Program-made: the position numbers and the translations under genes | The notes under the pieces: model-generated | The model's input: the letters and a program-made list of their open reading frames with translations, nothing else | Database searches by the model: none | What the model was told of the DNA's origin: nothing | Part shown: one piece after another, positions 19,972 to 30,264 of the stretch | How the letters are laid out: each line of letters opens with the position of its first letter | Position numbering within the stretch: position 1 is the stretch's first letter | Assembly (NCBI GenBank): GCA_963851265.1 | Contig: CAWKNZ010000002.1 | Location: forward strand, 32,001-96,000 | DNA: 64,000 nucleotides | Source: an uncultured Gemmatimonadales bacterium | GTDB lineage: Bacteria; Gemmatimonadota; Gemmatimonadetes; Gemmatimonadales; Gemmatimonadaceae | Direction of reading: 5' to 3'

Positions 19972-21360
19972 ATGCTGTCCGTTCTCATCGTCGACGACGA
20001 CCGCACCACCCGCGAGACCCTCGGCGACTACTTCGCCGGGCTCGGGTACGCCGTACGCACCGCGGCGACCGCGACCGAGGGGCGTCAGGCCGCCGGGATG
20101 CACTCGCCCGACGTCGCCGTCGTCGACGTGCGCCTGCCCGACGCCAACGGGCTGACCCTGTTCGAGACACTGCGCGCCGACGACCCCGAGTTGGCCGTCG
20201 TCTTCCTCACCGGCCACGCCGACGTGCCCACCGCCGTGCGCGCCATGCGCGACGGCGCCGCCGATTTCCTCGAGAAGCCGATCGACCTTCCGGCGCTCGA
20301 CGGCGCCGTGCGCCGCGCGGCCGACCACGCGCGCATGCGTCGCGAGCTCACGCTCCTGCGCGCCCGCGACGCCGAGGCGCTCTGGCAGGACAGCGCGCCG
20401 GCCGGCTTCACGCCCGCGATCGCGCCGTCGCTCGACCGGCTCATCGCGCTCGCCGCGCGCAACGACGAGGTGCCCGTCCTGATCATCGGCGAGACGGGCA
20501 CCGGCAAGGGGTTCGTCGCGCGCCGCATCCACGAGATGTCGCGACGCGCACCCGCCGCGTTCGTCGAGATCAACGGCGCCTCGCTCGCCGGCGCCCTCGT
20601 CGAGAGCGAGCTGTTCGGCCACGAGAAGGGTGCGTTCACCGACGCGCGCCAGGCTAAGCGCGGGCTGCTCGAGGTCGCGGGGCGGGGCACGCTCTTCCTC
20701 GACGAGGTGGCCGAACTCGCCCCCGAGGTGCAACCCAAGCTGCTCAAGGTCATCGAGGAGCGCACGTTCCGCCGCGTGGGCGGCACGGCCACATTGACGA
20801 GCGACGCGCGCCTGCTCGCCGCAACGCACACGCCGCTGGAACAGGCGGTCGCGGCCGGCCGATTCCGCGCCGACCTCTACTACCGCCTGCAGGTGCTCAC
20901 CATCGCGCTGCCCCCGCTGCGCGACCGGCGTCCCGAGATCGCCGCCCTCGCGCGCACGCTCCTCCCGCCAGGTGCCACCCTCACCGAGGTCGCGGCCTCG
21001 GCACTCGTCGCCTACGATTGGCCGGGGAACATCCGCGAGCTCAAGAACGCGCTCTGGCGGGCGACGATCCTCGCCGACGGCGGGGCGATCCTCCCCGAGC
21101 ACCTCGGCCTGGGTGCCACGCGCCTGGCCGTGGTCGAGCGCGAAGTCACGCGCCCGGTCATGACCCTGGCCGACGCCGAACGTGTCGCGATCGACGCCGC
21201 GCTCGCGGCCACGAGTGGGAACCGGACGCGGGCGGCGAGCCTTCTAGGCATCGCGCGCTCGACGCTCAACGAGAAGTTGCGCCACGGGGTGACCTCCGGG
21301 GTGCCCGAGGGACCGCCGCGCCCCCACGTGTCCGACCGAATCCAGCAACGCAGCGGCTGA
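19972..21360 (+). CDS. sigma54-dependent response regulator (NtrC/AtoC-type bEBP)
   Basis: REC (LIVDDD), GETGTGK, ESELFGHEKGAFTDA, FLDEV, FRADLYYRL, WPGNIREL, C-terminal Fis HTH. Confidence 0.95.
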   Translation: MLSVLIVDDDRTTRETLGDYFAGLGYAVRTAATATEGRQAAGMHSPDVAVVDVRLPDANGLTLFETLRADDPELAVVFLTGHADVPTAVRAMRDGAADFLEKPIDLPALDGAVRRAADHARMRRELTLLRARDAEALWQDSAPAGFTPAIAPSLDRLIALAARNDEVPVLIIGETGTGKGFVARRIHEMSRRAPAAFVEINGASLAGALVESELFGHEKGAFTDARQAKRGLLEVAGRGTLFLDEVAELAPEVQPKLLKVIEERTFRRVGGTATLTSDARLLAATHTPLEQAVAAGRFRADLYYRLQVLTIALPPLRDRRPEIAALARTLLPPGATLTEVAASALVAYDWPGNIRELKNALWRATILADGGAILPEHLGLGATRLAVVEREVTRPVMTLADAERVAIDAALAATSGNRTRAASLLGIARSTLNEKLRHGVTSGVPEGPPRPHVSDRIQQRSG

Positions 21361-21375
21361 CACTCGGCATGACGC

Positions 21376-21429
21376 AAACGACCGAAAGCCGGACGGCCCG
21401 ACACGGGACCGTCCGGCTTTCGGTCGTTT
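21376..21429. promoter_or_regulatory. 21-bp perfect inverted repeat (candidate paired bEBP enhancer sites and/or terminator)
   Basis: AAACGACCGAAAGCCGGACGG ... CCGTCCGGCTTTCGGTCGTTT, 70-125 nt upstream of a sigma54 motif. Confidence 0.6.
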
Positions 21430-21501
21430 TGGGCATGCCGTTGTGCGTGGCGAGTTCACGTAAGTGTCGATATTGCAACAGGTTGCGGGTCGGGTACACC
21501 G

Positions 21502-21516
21502 TGGCGCGCAACTCGC
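21502..21516 (+). promoter_or_regulatory. sigma54 -24/-12 promoter
   Basis: TGGCGCG-CAAC-TCGC (GG-N10-GC); IHF-like CAA-N4-TTG at 21476-21485. Confidence 0.65.
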
Positions 21517-21534
21517 CTTGGATACGTGCATCCG

Positions 21535-21990
21535 ATGGCTTCCCGCGCTCCGTTCCGGTTCGTGTCACGACACGTTCTCATCGTCGAGGATGAGCAGAGT
21601 ATCCGCGACATCCTCGCGGAGCTGTTCGACGTCGACGAGACGATCACGATCACGGCCGCGACGCTGGAACAGGCCATGGCCGCGCTCACCACGGCGCGGT
21701 TCGACCTGATCCTCACCGACCTGCGACTCGGCGGACATCGCGACGGCGGATTGCGCGTGATGGCTGCCGGCGGACTGCTCTCGCCCGACGCGACGGTGAT
21801 TGTCCTGACGGCCTTCCCGGACGACGATCACCGCCACGCCTCGGCTCGGCTCGGCGCAACACACTTTCTCGAAAAGCCCGTCTCGCTCCAACGCATCGCC
21901 GGCCTCGCGGCCGACGCGGGCGTCGCCTCGGCCATGCATCCAAATGCCTCGACCCTGCGCGAGGCCGTGCGCCAGGAAACGATGTCGTGA
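21535..21990 (+). CDS. single-domain response regulator receiver
   Basis: VLIVEDE, LILTD, VIVLTA, FLEKP; start uncertain (21535 ATG or 21562 GTG). Confidence 0.88.
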   Translation: MASRAPFRFVSRHVLIVEDEQSIRDILAELFDVDETITITAATLEQAMAALTTARFDLILTDLRLGGHRDGGLRVMAAGGLLSPDATVIVLTAFPDDDHRHASARLGATHFLEKPVSLQRIAGLAADAGVASAMHPNASTLREAVRQETMS

Positions 21991-22184
21991 AGGGATGAGA
22001 AACGGTACGACGTAACAATCGAAGCAGGAACGCGACAGCATCGGCGCTGTCGAGTGCCCGTGCTCGCTAGACCGGTTTCGCCACGTGTGTGGGGTGGTGT
22101 GGGGGGCGGACCGATCTAGCGGGGCGGGTACTCTTGCGTCCGGCCCCCTGGTCGGACGCCTTGCTCGCACGAGGCGCGGGCGTC

Positions 22185-22937
22185 TCAGGCCGGCCGTCGC
22201 ACCAGGCGGCCGACCGTGCGGTCATAGACTCGACTCACCGTCGCCGCCCCCGTGAGCACCGGCCGATACCCGACGTCCGACAGATCTGCACCCGACACCA
22301 GGTCGGCGTCGAGAGCGGCCACCGCATCGCCCAGCTCACGTTCGAGACGGCGCGTGAGCCCCGCGGTCGAGCGCGCGCCGTACTCCGCGGCCGTCGACGC
22401 CTCGCCGACGCGCACGACGCACTCCGGCCTGGCCGCCTCCCGGAATTCATACCGGATCGCGACCGCGACGAGCCGCGCTTCGGGCACGCTCTGGCTGATG
22501 CGCGCCAGCCCCGACCGGAACCGCAGCGCCGCCCGATTCGGAAACAACTCGCCCTGCGGAAAGAGCCACAGCACCCGGTCACGCCCGCCCCGCAGCAACC
22601 CCGTCGTGTACTCCGCCACCGCGCGCGCGTCGTCGATCGCGAGCCCCTCGCCCGTCACGCCGAAGCAGCCCACGCGGCGGAAGAACGGGTACCGCGTCAG
22701 CTGCGCGCCGTCCATGAGCCCGTACCCATCCCGCCGGAACACGTCGTGCGAAAGGAACACGGCGAGCACCGGATCCCACCACGCTCCGTGGTTGGCGTAC
22801 GCGATCACCGGCGCTCCGCCCTCGGGCCACGCGGACCCGCCCACGCGCACCCGGGCGAACGTCCCGCGCAGCAGCCGGCGCCCGTAGCCCGCGTAGAGCC
22901 GCTCCAGCACTGGCTGCTTCCGGGCCGCGATCAGCAT
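22185..22937 (-). CDS. lysophospholipid/glycerol acyltransferase family protein
   Basis: NHGAWWD (HX4D), LFPQG. Confidence 0.88.
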   Translation of the reverse strand: MLIAARKQPVLERLYAGYGRRLLRGTFARVRVGGSAWPEGGAPVIAYANHGAWWDPVLAVFLSHDVFRRDGYGLMDGAQLTRYPFFRRVGCFGVTGEGLAIDDARAVAEYTTGLLRGGRDRVLWLFPQGELFPNRAALRFRSGLARISQSVPEARLVAVAIRYEFREAARPECVVRVGEASTAAEYGARSTAGLTRRLERELGDAVAALDADLVSGADLSDVGYRPVLTGAATVSRVYDRTVGRLVRRPA

Positions 22938-22991
22938 GGCCGCAGCTTAATGCGGTCGAGGCATCCCGACAGTGTCACCGCGAACACCCCT

Positions 22992-24005
22992 GTGAAAGAC
23001 TCGAAATCCTGGAAGCCGCTGGCCGCCCTCACCGGTGCGGTCGCCGCCGTGGCCGGGGCCGCCGCGCTGAACGCCGCGGTCGCCCGCCCACTCGGCTCGC
23101 TTCCCAATCCCATCGGCGGCGACGCTGGGTGGTACGAGTGGCGCGGCTACCGCATCGCGTGGACCCGGCGCGGCACGGGGCCGGCGGTGCTGCTGGTCCA
23201 CAGCATCCACGCCGCCGGCTGGTCGTACGAGTGGCGCCACGCGGTCGACCCGCTCGCCGCAGCCGGGCACACCGTCTGGACGCTCGACCTGCTCGGGTTC
23301 GGCCGATCCGACCGCCCCGACATCGAGTACTCGGCCCGCCTCTACGTCGACCTCCTCCGCGACTTCATCACCGAGGCCATCGCCGAGCCCACGGTCCTCA
23401 TCGCGTCGTCGCTGAGCGGGGCGCACGCGGTCGCGGTCGCGGCGGGATTCCGTCCGGTGTCCGCCCTCGTCCTCGTCGGCGCGCCCGGTATCACGGTGCT
23501 GGCCAAGCCCCCCAAGCCGCCCAACGACGCCACACACGCGATGATCGTCGCGCCGTTCGCCGGCCAGGCGCTGTACAACGCGCTGGTGACGAAGCCGAGT
23601 CTGGCGTTCTTTCTCCGGCGCACGTACGACGACGACCGCCGCGTCACGCCCGAGCTGCTCGACGCCTACTCGGCCACGGCGCATCAGCCCGGCGCGCGCT
23701 ACGCGCCCGCGGCGTTCCTCGGCATGCGCCTCAACCTCTACGTGGGCGGCGCGCTCGCGCGCGTACGCCAGCCGATCCTGCTCACTTGGGGGCGCGAGGC
23801 CAAGGAGGTCACGCTCGCCGAACTCGACGAGTACCGCGCCATCCGCCCCGACGCCCACGTGCGCACCTTCGAGGCGTGCGGCGCGCTCCCGCACGACGAG
23901 CGCACCGCCGAATGGTGCGCCGCCGTGCTGGAGTTCACGGCGGGGATGCGTCGCGCGGCCGAGGAGGGGAGCGAGGAGTCGCTCGGCACTGCCCTGTCGT
24001 CCTGA
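22992..24005 (+). CDS. alpha/beta hydrolase fold protein
   Basis: LLVHSIH, DLLGFGRSDRP, IASSLSG, LPHDE; N-terminal hydrophobic segment. Confidence 0.88.
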   Translation: MKDSKSWKPLAALTGAVAAVAGAAALNAAVARPLGSLPNPIGGDAGWYEWRGYRIAWTRRGTGPAVLLVHSIHAAGWSYEWRHAVDPLAAAGHTVWTLDLLGFGRSDRPDIEYSARLYVDLLRDFITEAIAEPTVLIASSLSGAHAVAVAAGFRPVSALVLVGAPGITVLAKPPKPPNDATHAMIVAPFAGQALYNALVTKPSLAFFLRRTYDDDRRVTPELLDAYSATAHQPGARYAPAAFLGMRLNLYVGGALARVRQPILLTWGREAKEVTLAELDEYRAIRPDAHVRTFEACGALPHDERTAEWCAAVLEFTAGMRRAAEEGSEESLGTALSS

Positions 24006-24058
24006 GCGGCGCGCCGGGCCGTCGTCCCGCGCCGCGCTCGGGATGACGGCCCGGCGCC

Positions 24059-25774
24059 CTACCCCCGGTACTCCGCCGTGCTGCGGACCGCCTTCCCGCA
24101 CGCCGGCCACGTCACCGGACGCCCCGTGCGCGGGTTGTTAGGCAGCGGGTCGATCCGGTCCCGCGGGATCGTTCCGGGGTCCTCGCTCGCCTGGTACGCC
24201 AGCATCGCCGCGAGCATCGCGTTCGACCGCAGGTCGCGCATCACGAGCTTGTCGTAGGTGTCGCGCGTCGTGTGCCACGTGGTCTGGAAGTAGTCCCACG
24301 ACAGCGAGTTGAGCCCGAACGCGGGCGCCCCGTAGCACGCGAACGACGCGTTGTCGCTCCCCCCCGACGCCGGACTGCCGCGATCGTCGAAGCGGATGTA
24401 CTGCGTGACCTCGGCCGGGATCTCGCCCAGGTACCGCCGCAGGAACGCCCCCGCGCCCGCGAGCCCGCCCGCGCTCATCGTCACCACGCGCCCGGTGCCG
24501 TTGTCCTGGTTGAAGAGCGCCTGCAGCCCGCGCACCACCTCCGGGTGGTCTTCGGAGTACGCTCGCGACCCGTTCAGCCCTTCCTCCTCGCCGCTCCAGT
24601 GCCCGACGAGGATGGTCCGCCGCGGGTTGGGCAGCACCTGCTTGAGCAGGCGCATCGCCTCCATCATCGTCACCGTGCCGGTACCGTTGTCGGTCGCGCC
24701 CGACCCGCCGTCCCACGAGTCGAAGTGCGCCGACAGCAGCACGTACTCGTTGGGCTTCTCGCGCCCGCGGAGCTCGGCGATCGTGTTGAACACCGGCTGC
24801 TCGCCAAGGAACTCCGATTGCGCGTCGAGGCGCACGCGCGGGCCCTGGCCGCGTTCGGCGAGGCGGACGAGCAGGCCGTAGTCCTCGCAGCCGACGTCGA
24901 AGCTCGGGAGCTTCTGCCGCGGCGACCCGAAGACCTTGTCGACGCCGGGGTAGCCGGAAAAGTTGTGCGTGAGCACGGCCACCGCGCCCGCGCCCTGCAG
25001 TGCCGCCTGCAGCCCCGTACCCCCGAGCCCCGGCGTGCCGGCCGCGCCCGCGGCCGTGAGACGCGGCTGCCAGGCGGTGCGCACCGAGTCCTGCCGCGCA
25101 CGCACCTCCGCCTGCTCCTCGGGCGTGCCGAACTCCTGGAACTGCGAGGCCGGGCGGCACGAGAGCGTCGGCGGGCTCGCGAGCACCGCGCGGCCGCGCG
25201 CGTTCCCGGCGGCGAGCCACGCCGCGAACCCGGCCGAGTCGCGCACGTCGGGCAGCAGCACCACCGCGGCCTCGACTGGGCGTCCGTTGGTCCCCGGGCT
25301 CCAGGCGAGCATCGTCGCCTCGAGCGTGCGCACCCGCGGCGCCAACAGATCGAGGTGCGCCGGGCCGCGGCGCCAGCTGTTGAACGTGCCGAACCGCTCG
25401 CGGCGCGCGGGAATCCCCCAGCGACGGTACTGCGCGAGCGCCCAATCGCTCGCGGCGAGGTTGGCCGGCGCGCCCGTGAGTCGCGGGCCGATCGAGTCGG
25501 CGAGCGCCTGCGAGAGCGCGGCGACCTGCGACCGGGCCGTCTCCTCGTCGAAGATCCGCCGGATCACCGGGTCGGTCGGCGGCGTGGTGCGGATGTACGG
25601 CGCCGTCGTCGGCTGCGCGAACGGGTTGGGTGCGGCCGACGTCGCCGCCGGCGGGGCGGGGGGCCGGGTCGGCGCGGCCGCGGGTGGCGCGGCAGGCGTT
25701 TGAGCGAGTGCGGGCGCCGCGGCGAGCAGCGCGGCGCAGAGCAGGGAAGTCGAGCGGTGGGCGGGCGTCGTCAT
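24059..25774 (-). CDS. secreted M28 peptidase (carboxypeptidase Q-like)
   Basis: signal peptide, IGPRLTG, SAHFDSWD, GATDNGTG, GEEEGL.GS, GGSD, WHT..DTYD. Confidence 0.92.
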   Translation of the reverse strand: MTTPAHRSTSLLCAALLAAAPALAQTPAAPPAAAPTRPPAPPAATSAAPNPFAQPTTAPYIRTTPPTDPVIRRIFDEETARSQVAALSQALADSIGPRLTGAPANLAASDWALAQYRRWGIPARRERFGTFNSWRRGPAHLDLLAPRVRTLEATMLAWSPGTNGRPVEAAVVLLPDVRDSAGFAAWLAAGNARGRAVLASPPTLSCRPASQFQEFGTPEEQAEVRARQDSVRTAWQPRLTAAGAAGTPGLGGTGLQAALQGAGAVAVLTHNFSGYPGVDKVFGSPRQKLPSFDVGCEDYGLLVRLAERGQGPRVRLDAQSEFLGEQPVFNTIAELRGREKPNEYVLLSAHFDSWDGGSGATDNGTGTVTMMEAMRLLKQVLPNPRRTILVGHWSGEEEGLNGSRAYSEDHPEVVRGLQALFNQDNGTGRVVTMSAGGLAGAGAFLRRYLGEIPAEVTQYIRFDDRGSPASGGSDNASFACYGAPAFGLNSLSWDYFQTTWHTTRDTYDKLVMRDLRSNAMLAAMLAYQASEDPGTIPRDRIDPLPNNPRTGRPVTWPACGKAVRSTAEYRG

Positions 25775-25824
25775 CCGATCCAGCTTATCGCCTCCCACCG
25801 CGGATGTCCCCCGCGCGCTCCGGA

Positions 25825-26373
25825 TCAGGCGCTACGCCCCAGCGCGGCCCGCACCGCCTCGCGCATCGCGAGCAGCGCGTCGCCCCGGGCCGCCGCCGTG
25901 TCGCCGCGCACGTGCAGCTCGACGCCGTCGGTCACCGCGACGCGCTGCCACTGGGCGGGCGTGCCGTCCACGACCCCGTCCGGCACCGGCGCGCCCGGCG
26001 CGGCGCCCTGCAACGCGGGGGCGAGCGCGGTCGCGACGCGCCGTTCGAGCGCGTCGCCCGCACTCTCCTTCAGTTCGCGCTTGATGCCGTCGAGCGGTTG
26101 CCCCTCGCGCTGCCGGATCTTGATCGCGAGCAGCTGCAGCAGATGCCGGTAGTGATAGATGGCCGACGTACCCGTCCCCTCCGGGCGGTCGAGCAGCCCG
26201 TTGGCGACGTAGAAGCGCACCGCGCGCGCGCTGGGCGCCGCGCGCGCCGAGGCGTTGGTCGGCCGCATCCCGGCGGCGTCGACGAGGGCCGTGGCGTGCG
26301 CCGCGAGCGAGCGGGCGTTGAACGGCGCGTGGCGGGCGTGCAGCCGCAGCAGATGCACGGGTGACTCGGCCAT
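25825..26373 (-). CDS. MerR-family HTH transcriptional regulator
   Basis: RAVRFYV..GLLDRP......A.Y...HLLQL..IK; C-terminal W.R..V..GVELHV. Confidence 0.8.
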   Translation of the reverse strand: MAESPVHLLRLHARHAPFNARSLAAHATALVDAAGMRPTNASARAAPSARAVRFYVANGLLDRPEGTGTSAIYHYRHLLQLLAIKIRQREGQPLDGIKRELKESAGDALERRVATALAPALQGAAPGAPVPDGVVDGTPAQWQRVAVTDGVELHVRGDTAAARGDALLAMREAVRAALGRSA

Positions 26374-26467
26374 ATGCGCCACACGATAGAAGTCGGGCAC
26401 TGACTGCGGTAGGGTGGCGCGGCGCTGGCGGGCCTGTGTCGTGAGTTCGTGACAGCAACGTCCCCGA

Positions 26468-27919
26468 TCACAGCACCCGCTCCAGGAGCGCCGCCCCTCC
26501 GTCGCGCGCCTTCTCCCACCACGGCCGCCGGTGCATCGCGTCGCGCGTCATCTCGCGGCTGTACCGCAGGTCGTTGAGGAACGTCCGCTCCATCCCACCC
26601 ACCACCGTCGAGTCGAGCATCAGCAGCGTCGTCTCGTCGTTGAAGGCGAGCGAGCGGTTGTCGAAGTTCATCGACCCCACGCTCCCCCACTGCCCGTCGA
26701 CGGTGAGCGTCTTGGCGTGCATGTTGGACGGCTGGTATTCGTAGATCCGCACGCCGCCGGCGAGCAGCTCCTCGTACCGGAACCGCCCCGCCCAGCGCGC
26801 GGTCTTCACGTCGCTCCGCGGCCCCGTCGTCAGCACGCGCACGTCGACGCCGCGCCGCGCGGCCGAGATGAGCAGCCGCCGGAAATCGTTGTCGGGGATG
26901 AAGTACGCGTTTGAGATGTAGAGCCGGTGTCGCGCCCCCGCGATCGACAGCGCGTAATACCGTTCGGCCGCGGTGCTCCCCGTCGACGGCACGGCGTGAA
27001 GGAGCCCCGCCTCGACGGCGCCCGAATCGCCCGAGGCCGGCCGGAACGACACGCCGGGATAGAAGGTGCGCCCCGTGAGCAGTTCGCCCGTCGCCTCGGC
27101 CCAGGTCGTCGCGAAGGTCGCCTGCAACTGCGCCACGGCCGGCCCCTCGAAGCGTACGTTGGTCTCGCGCCACTCGTTCGCGCGGCGCCCCCCACCCAGC
27201 CAGTAGTCCGCGAGCCCGAACCCGCCCGTGTAACCCACGCGCCCGTCGACCACCACCACGCGCGCGTGCGACCGTTCGGCCACCGTGTTGAGGTCGTTCC
27301 AGCGGAGCTGCCGCAGCCACGCCACCTCGACACCGCTGTGCGCGACGGCGTCGGCCCACCGGCGCGAGAGCGTCTGCGCGCCGAAGCCGTCGAGCAGCAG
27401 CAGCACCCGCGCGCCGCGGTGCGCGCAGTCGCCGAGCGCCGCGGCCAGGGTGTCGGCCACCGCGCCGGGCTTGGCGAAGTACATCTGCACCGTGACCGCG
27501 TGCTCGCAGCTCCGGATGTCGCGCCAGAGCCGCGGGTAGGTCCCGTCGCCGTTGTCCAGCACCTGCACGCGGTTCCCGGGGTGCAACTCCGCCCCGGTGT
27601 AGAGGGCCATCGTCCGCGCGAACAGCGAGTCGCCCGGGGACGGCGCGCCGTGCGCGTCACCCCGCGCGATCACGTACTCCACCGGCGTGCCCCGCGTCAT
27701 CGACAGCGCGCCGACGAGCGCGAGCGCCAGCACGAGGGCGACGGCCAGGTAGCTGAGCAGACGCCGCGCGACCGTCGGCCAGGGGACGTACGACGCCTCG
27801 GCGTCCGCGTCGTGGGCGGGACGGGCGGAGTCCGGAGCGGCCGGCGGAGAGGCGATGGCCATCGCGCGCGCCGATGCACCGCGCGTTCCACGCCGACGTG
27901 CCCGCGGCGCGTGGGTCAC
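26468..27919 (-). CDS. cardiolipin synthase-like phospholipase D
   Basis: two PLD motifs: HARVVVVDG..GYTGG and HAKTLTVDG...VGSMNFDNRS; start may be 27863. Confidence 0.9.
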   Translation of the reverse strand: MTHAPRARRRGTRGASARAMAIASPPAAPDSARPAHDADAEASYVPWPTVARRLLSYLAVALVLALALVGALSMTRGTPVEYVIARGDAHGAPSPGDSLFARTMALYTGAELHPGNRVQVLDNGDGTYPRLWRDIRSCEHAVTVQMYFAKPGAVADTLAAALGDCAHRGARVLLLLDGFGAQTLSRRWADAVAHSGVEVAWLRQLRWNDLNTVAERSHARVVVVDGRVGYTGGFGLADYWLGGGRRANEWRETNVRFEGPAVAQLQATFATTWAEATGELLTGRTFYPGVSFRPASGDSGAVEAGLLHAVPSTGSTAAERYYALSIAGARHRLYISNAYFIPDNDFRRLLISAARRGVDVRVLTTGPRSDVKTARWAGRFRYEELLAGGVRIYEYQPSNMHAKTLTVDGQWGSVGSMNFDNRSLAFNDETTLLMLDSTVVGGMERTFLNDLRYSREMTRDAMHRRPWWEKARDGGAALLERVL

Positions 27920-28033
27920 GCCGCGTGGGTCACCCCCCGCGTGGGTCCATGCCGCGTGGGATCACGCAACCGGCACGGCGCCGGTGCCGTACGTTGTCGC
28001 GCGCCGCGCCCCCTTAACCGCCCCCACCCGCCC

Positions 28034-28612
28034 ATGCACGCGACCGAGGAGTTCCAGTACCTGTCGGTGCTCGTCTCGATCGTCCTCGGCCTCGGCATCA
28101 CGCAGCTGCTCACCGGCGTCGGACGACTCGCCCAGGCGCGCGGGCGCGTGCGCGGCTACTGGCCGGCGGCGCTCTGGATCGTGCTGCTCTTTCTCATCCA
28201 CGTGCAGTCGTGGTGGGCGATCTTCGCGCTCCGCGACCATCACGCGTGGACGTTCCTCGCCTTCCTCGTCGTGCTCATGACGCCGACGAGTCTGTACCTC
28301 ATGGCCGCGCTCGCCCTGCCCGACGTCGACCTGCGGAGCGCCGAGCCGGTGGATCTGCGCGAGCACTACCACGCCCAGGCCCGCTGGTTCTTTGGCGCGG
28401 TGGAACTGGTGATTCTCTCGAGCCTGCTTCGACCGCTCGTCATCGACGGTCGGATCCCACTCGACGTCGACCGCGGCATCCAGGCCGTGTTCTTCGCGCT
28501 CGCGGGTGCCGCGATGGTGATCCGCCGCGAGGCGTTCCACCGCACGTTCGCCCTCGCCGGCGCGGCGCTGTACGCGGCGTACGTCGCCCTGCTCTTCACC
28601 AAACTGCCCTGA
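28034..28612 (+). CDS. hypothetical membrane protein
   Basis: FQYLSVLVSIVLGLGITQLL; about 6 TM segments. Confidence 0.8.
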   Translation: MHATEEFQYLSVLVSIVLGLGITQLLTGVGRLAQARGRVRGYWPAALWIVLLFLIHVQSWWAIFALRDHHAWTFLAFLVVLMTPTSLYLMAALALPDVDLRSAEPVDLREHYHAQARWFFGAVELVILSSLLRPLVIDGRIPLDVDRGIQAVFFALAGAAMVIRREAFHRTFALAGAALYAAYVALLFTKLP

Positions 28613-28623
28613 GGCCGACCGCC

Positions 28624-30264
28624 GTGCGCCATCCAACGCCGCGCGTGCCCGCCGCGCTCGGCCCCGGCACGCTGACGGCACTCGCCGCGGGCGTGCTCGC
28701 GCTGCACGCCGCCGCCAACGCCGCGTCGCCCTACGGCGTGCACCGCGACGAACTCCTCTACCTCGCCATGGGCCGCCACCTGCGGCTCTGGGCGATGGAC
28801 TTCCCGCCGTTCATCGCCATCTGCGCCCAACTCACGCGTGCCGCGGCTCGGCCGTTCGGCGGCGAGCAGACCGTGGCGAACTCGCTCGCCACCCTCCGCC
28901 TCCTCCCGGCGCTCGCCGCCGCAGCCATCGTCGTGCTCGCCGTCGCGATCGCCCGCACACTCGGCGGCGGACGCGGAGCGCAGCTCATCGCCGCGGGATG
29001 CGTGCTCGCATCGCCGCTGTACATGCGCACCGGCGCGCTCTTCCAACCCGTCGTGTTCGACCAGCTCTGGTGGACGCTCGCGCTCTACGCCCTCGTCCGC
29101 CTCGAACGCGGCGCGGACGCCGCCGCGTCCGCCCCGGGCCGAAGTCGGCGCGACTGGCTGCTCCTCGGCGCGGCGCTCGGGCTCGGGCTGCTGACGAAGT
29201 TCTCGGTCGCGTTCATCGCGGTCGGCGTGCTCGCGGGCGTCCTGGCGACGCCGCTCCGCCGCGCGCTGCGCACCCCGTGGCCGTGGGCGGCAACGCTCCT
29301 CGCGCTGCTGATCGGCGCGCCCAGCGTGGTCGGACAGCTGCGGCTCGGGTGGCCGGTGGTGCAGCAGATGTCCGACCTGCGCGCGTCGCAGCTCGCGCAC
29401 GTCGGCCCGGGCGCGTTCCTGGGCGGCCAGCTCCTGTTCGGCCCGGCGGTCCTGCTCGCCGCGTTCGGCGTCTGGGCGCTCCTCGTCCGGAAGTCGTTCC
29501 GCGCCGGTCGCGCGGCAGCGGTCGCGTGCGTGGTCGCGTTCGCGCTGCTCCTCTTGGGGCACGGCAAGGCGTACTACATCGGCCCCATCTACCCGATGTT
29601 GTGGGCGGCGGGCGCTGTGGCGCTCGCGCAGGATGTCGCGCGGTGGCGTGCGACGCGGGCATCGCGCGCGCGACTCGGCATCGCGGTCGCACTCGTCACG
29701 GTGGCGCTGATTGCGCTCTACGGCCTCGCGGCCGTGCCACTCGGCGTCCCCCTCCTGCCGCCCGTGCCGATGGCCCGCTACGCGGCCGCGCTCGGTGTCG
29801 GCACCGAAACCAACACCGGCGGCCACCTCGCCCTCCCCCAGGACTTCGCCGACATGCTTGGCTGGCCCGAGCAGGCGCAGGCCGCGGCGCGCGTGTTTCA
29901 CACCCTCTCGCCCGCCGACCAGGCCCGCGCTGCGATCGCCGGCGGCAACTACGGCGAGGCGGGCGCGATCGAGCTGTACGGTCCCGCGCTAGGCGTTCCC
30001 GCCCCGGTGAGCGCCGCCGGCAGTTACTGGTTCTTCGGCCCCGGCGCGCGCCCGGGCGCCATCCTCGTCGCACTCGGCGATTCGGCGCACCTCGCGCGCG
30101 ACCTGCCTCGGCTGTACGCTCGCGTTCGCCCCGTGGCGCGCGCGATCCCGGACTCGCTCCGGCGCTGGGTCGTTCCCGAGCAGCGCAATACGTGGGTATT
30201 CGTCTGCGACGGCGCGCGGCGAACGCTACAGGACGTATGGCCGTCGCTGGGCGGTCGGAATTGA
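28624..30264 (+). CDS. glycosyltransferase family 39 (ArnT/PMT-like) membrane protein
   Basis: YGVHRDELLY, DFPP, GLLTKF, GKAYY, NYGEAGA. Confidence 0.88.
   Translation: MRHPTPRVPAALGPGTLTALAAGVLALHAAANAASPYGVHRDELLYLAMGRHLRLWAMDFPPFIAICAQLTRAAARPFGGEQTVANSLATLRLLPALAAAAIVVLAVAIARTLGGGRGAQLIAAGCVLASPLYMRTGALFQPVVFDQLWWTLALYALVRLERGADAAASAPGRSRRDWLLLGAALGLGLLTKFSVAFIAVGVLAGVLATPLRRALRTPWPWAATLLALLIGAPSVVGQLRLGWPVVQQMSDLRASQLAHVGPGAFLGGQLLFGPAVLLAAFGVWALLVRKSFRAGRAAAVACVVAFALLLLGHGKAYYIGPIYPMLWAAGAVALAQDVARWRATRASRARLGIAVALVTVALIALYGLAAVPLGVPLLPPVPMARYAAALGVGTETNTGGHLALPQDFADMLGWPEQAQAAARVFHTLSPADQARAAIAGGNYGEAGAIELYGPALGVPAPVSAAGSYWFFGPGARPGAILVALGDSAHLARDLPRLYARVRPVARAIPDSLRRWVVPEQRNTWVFVCDGARRTLQDVWPSLGGRN

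Noticed and set aside
17041..21102. 1353-aa minus-strand ORF, and similar long ORFs such as 34221..36764, 47402..49582 and 54428..56266
   Set aside because: Antisense shadows of well-supported genes; stop codons are scarce at this GC content and no domain motifs are present
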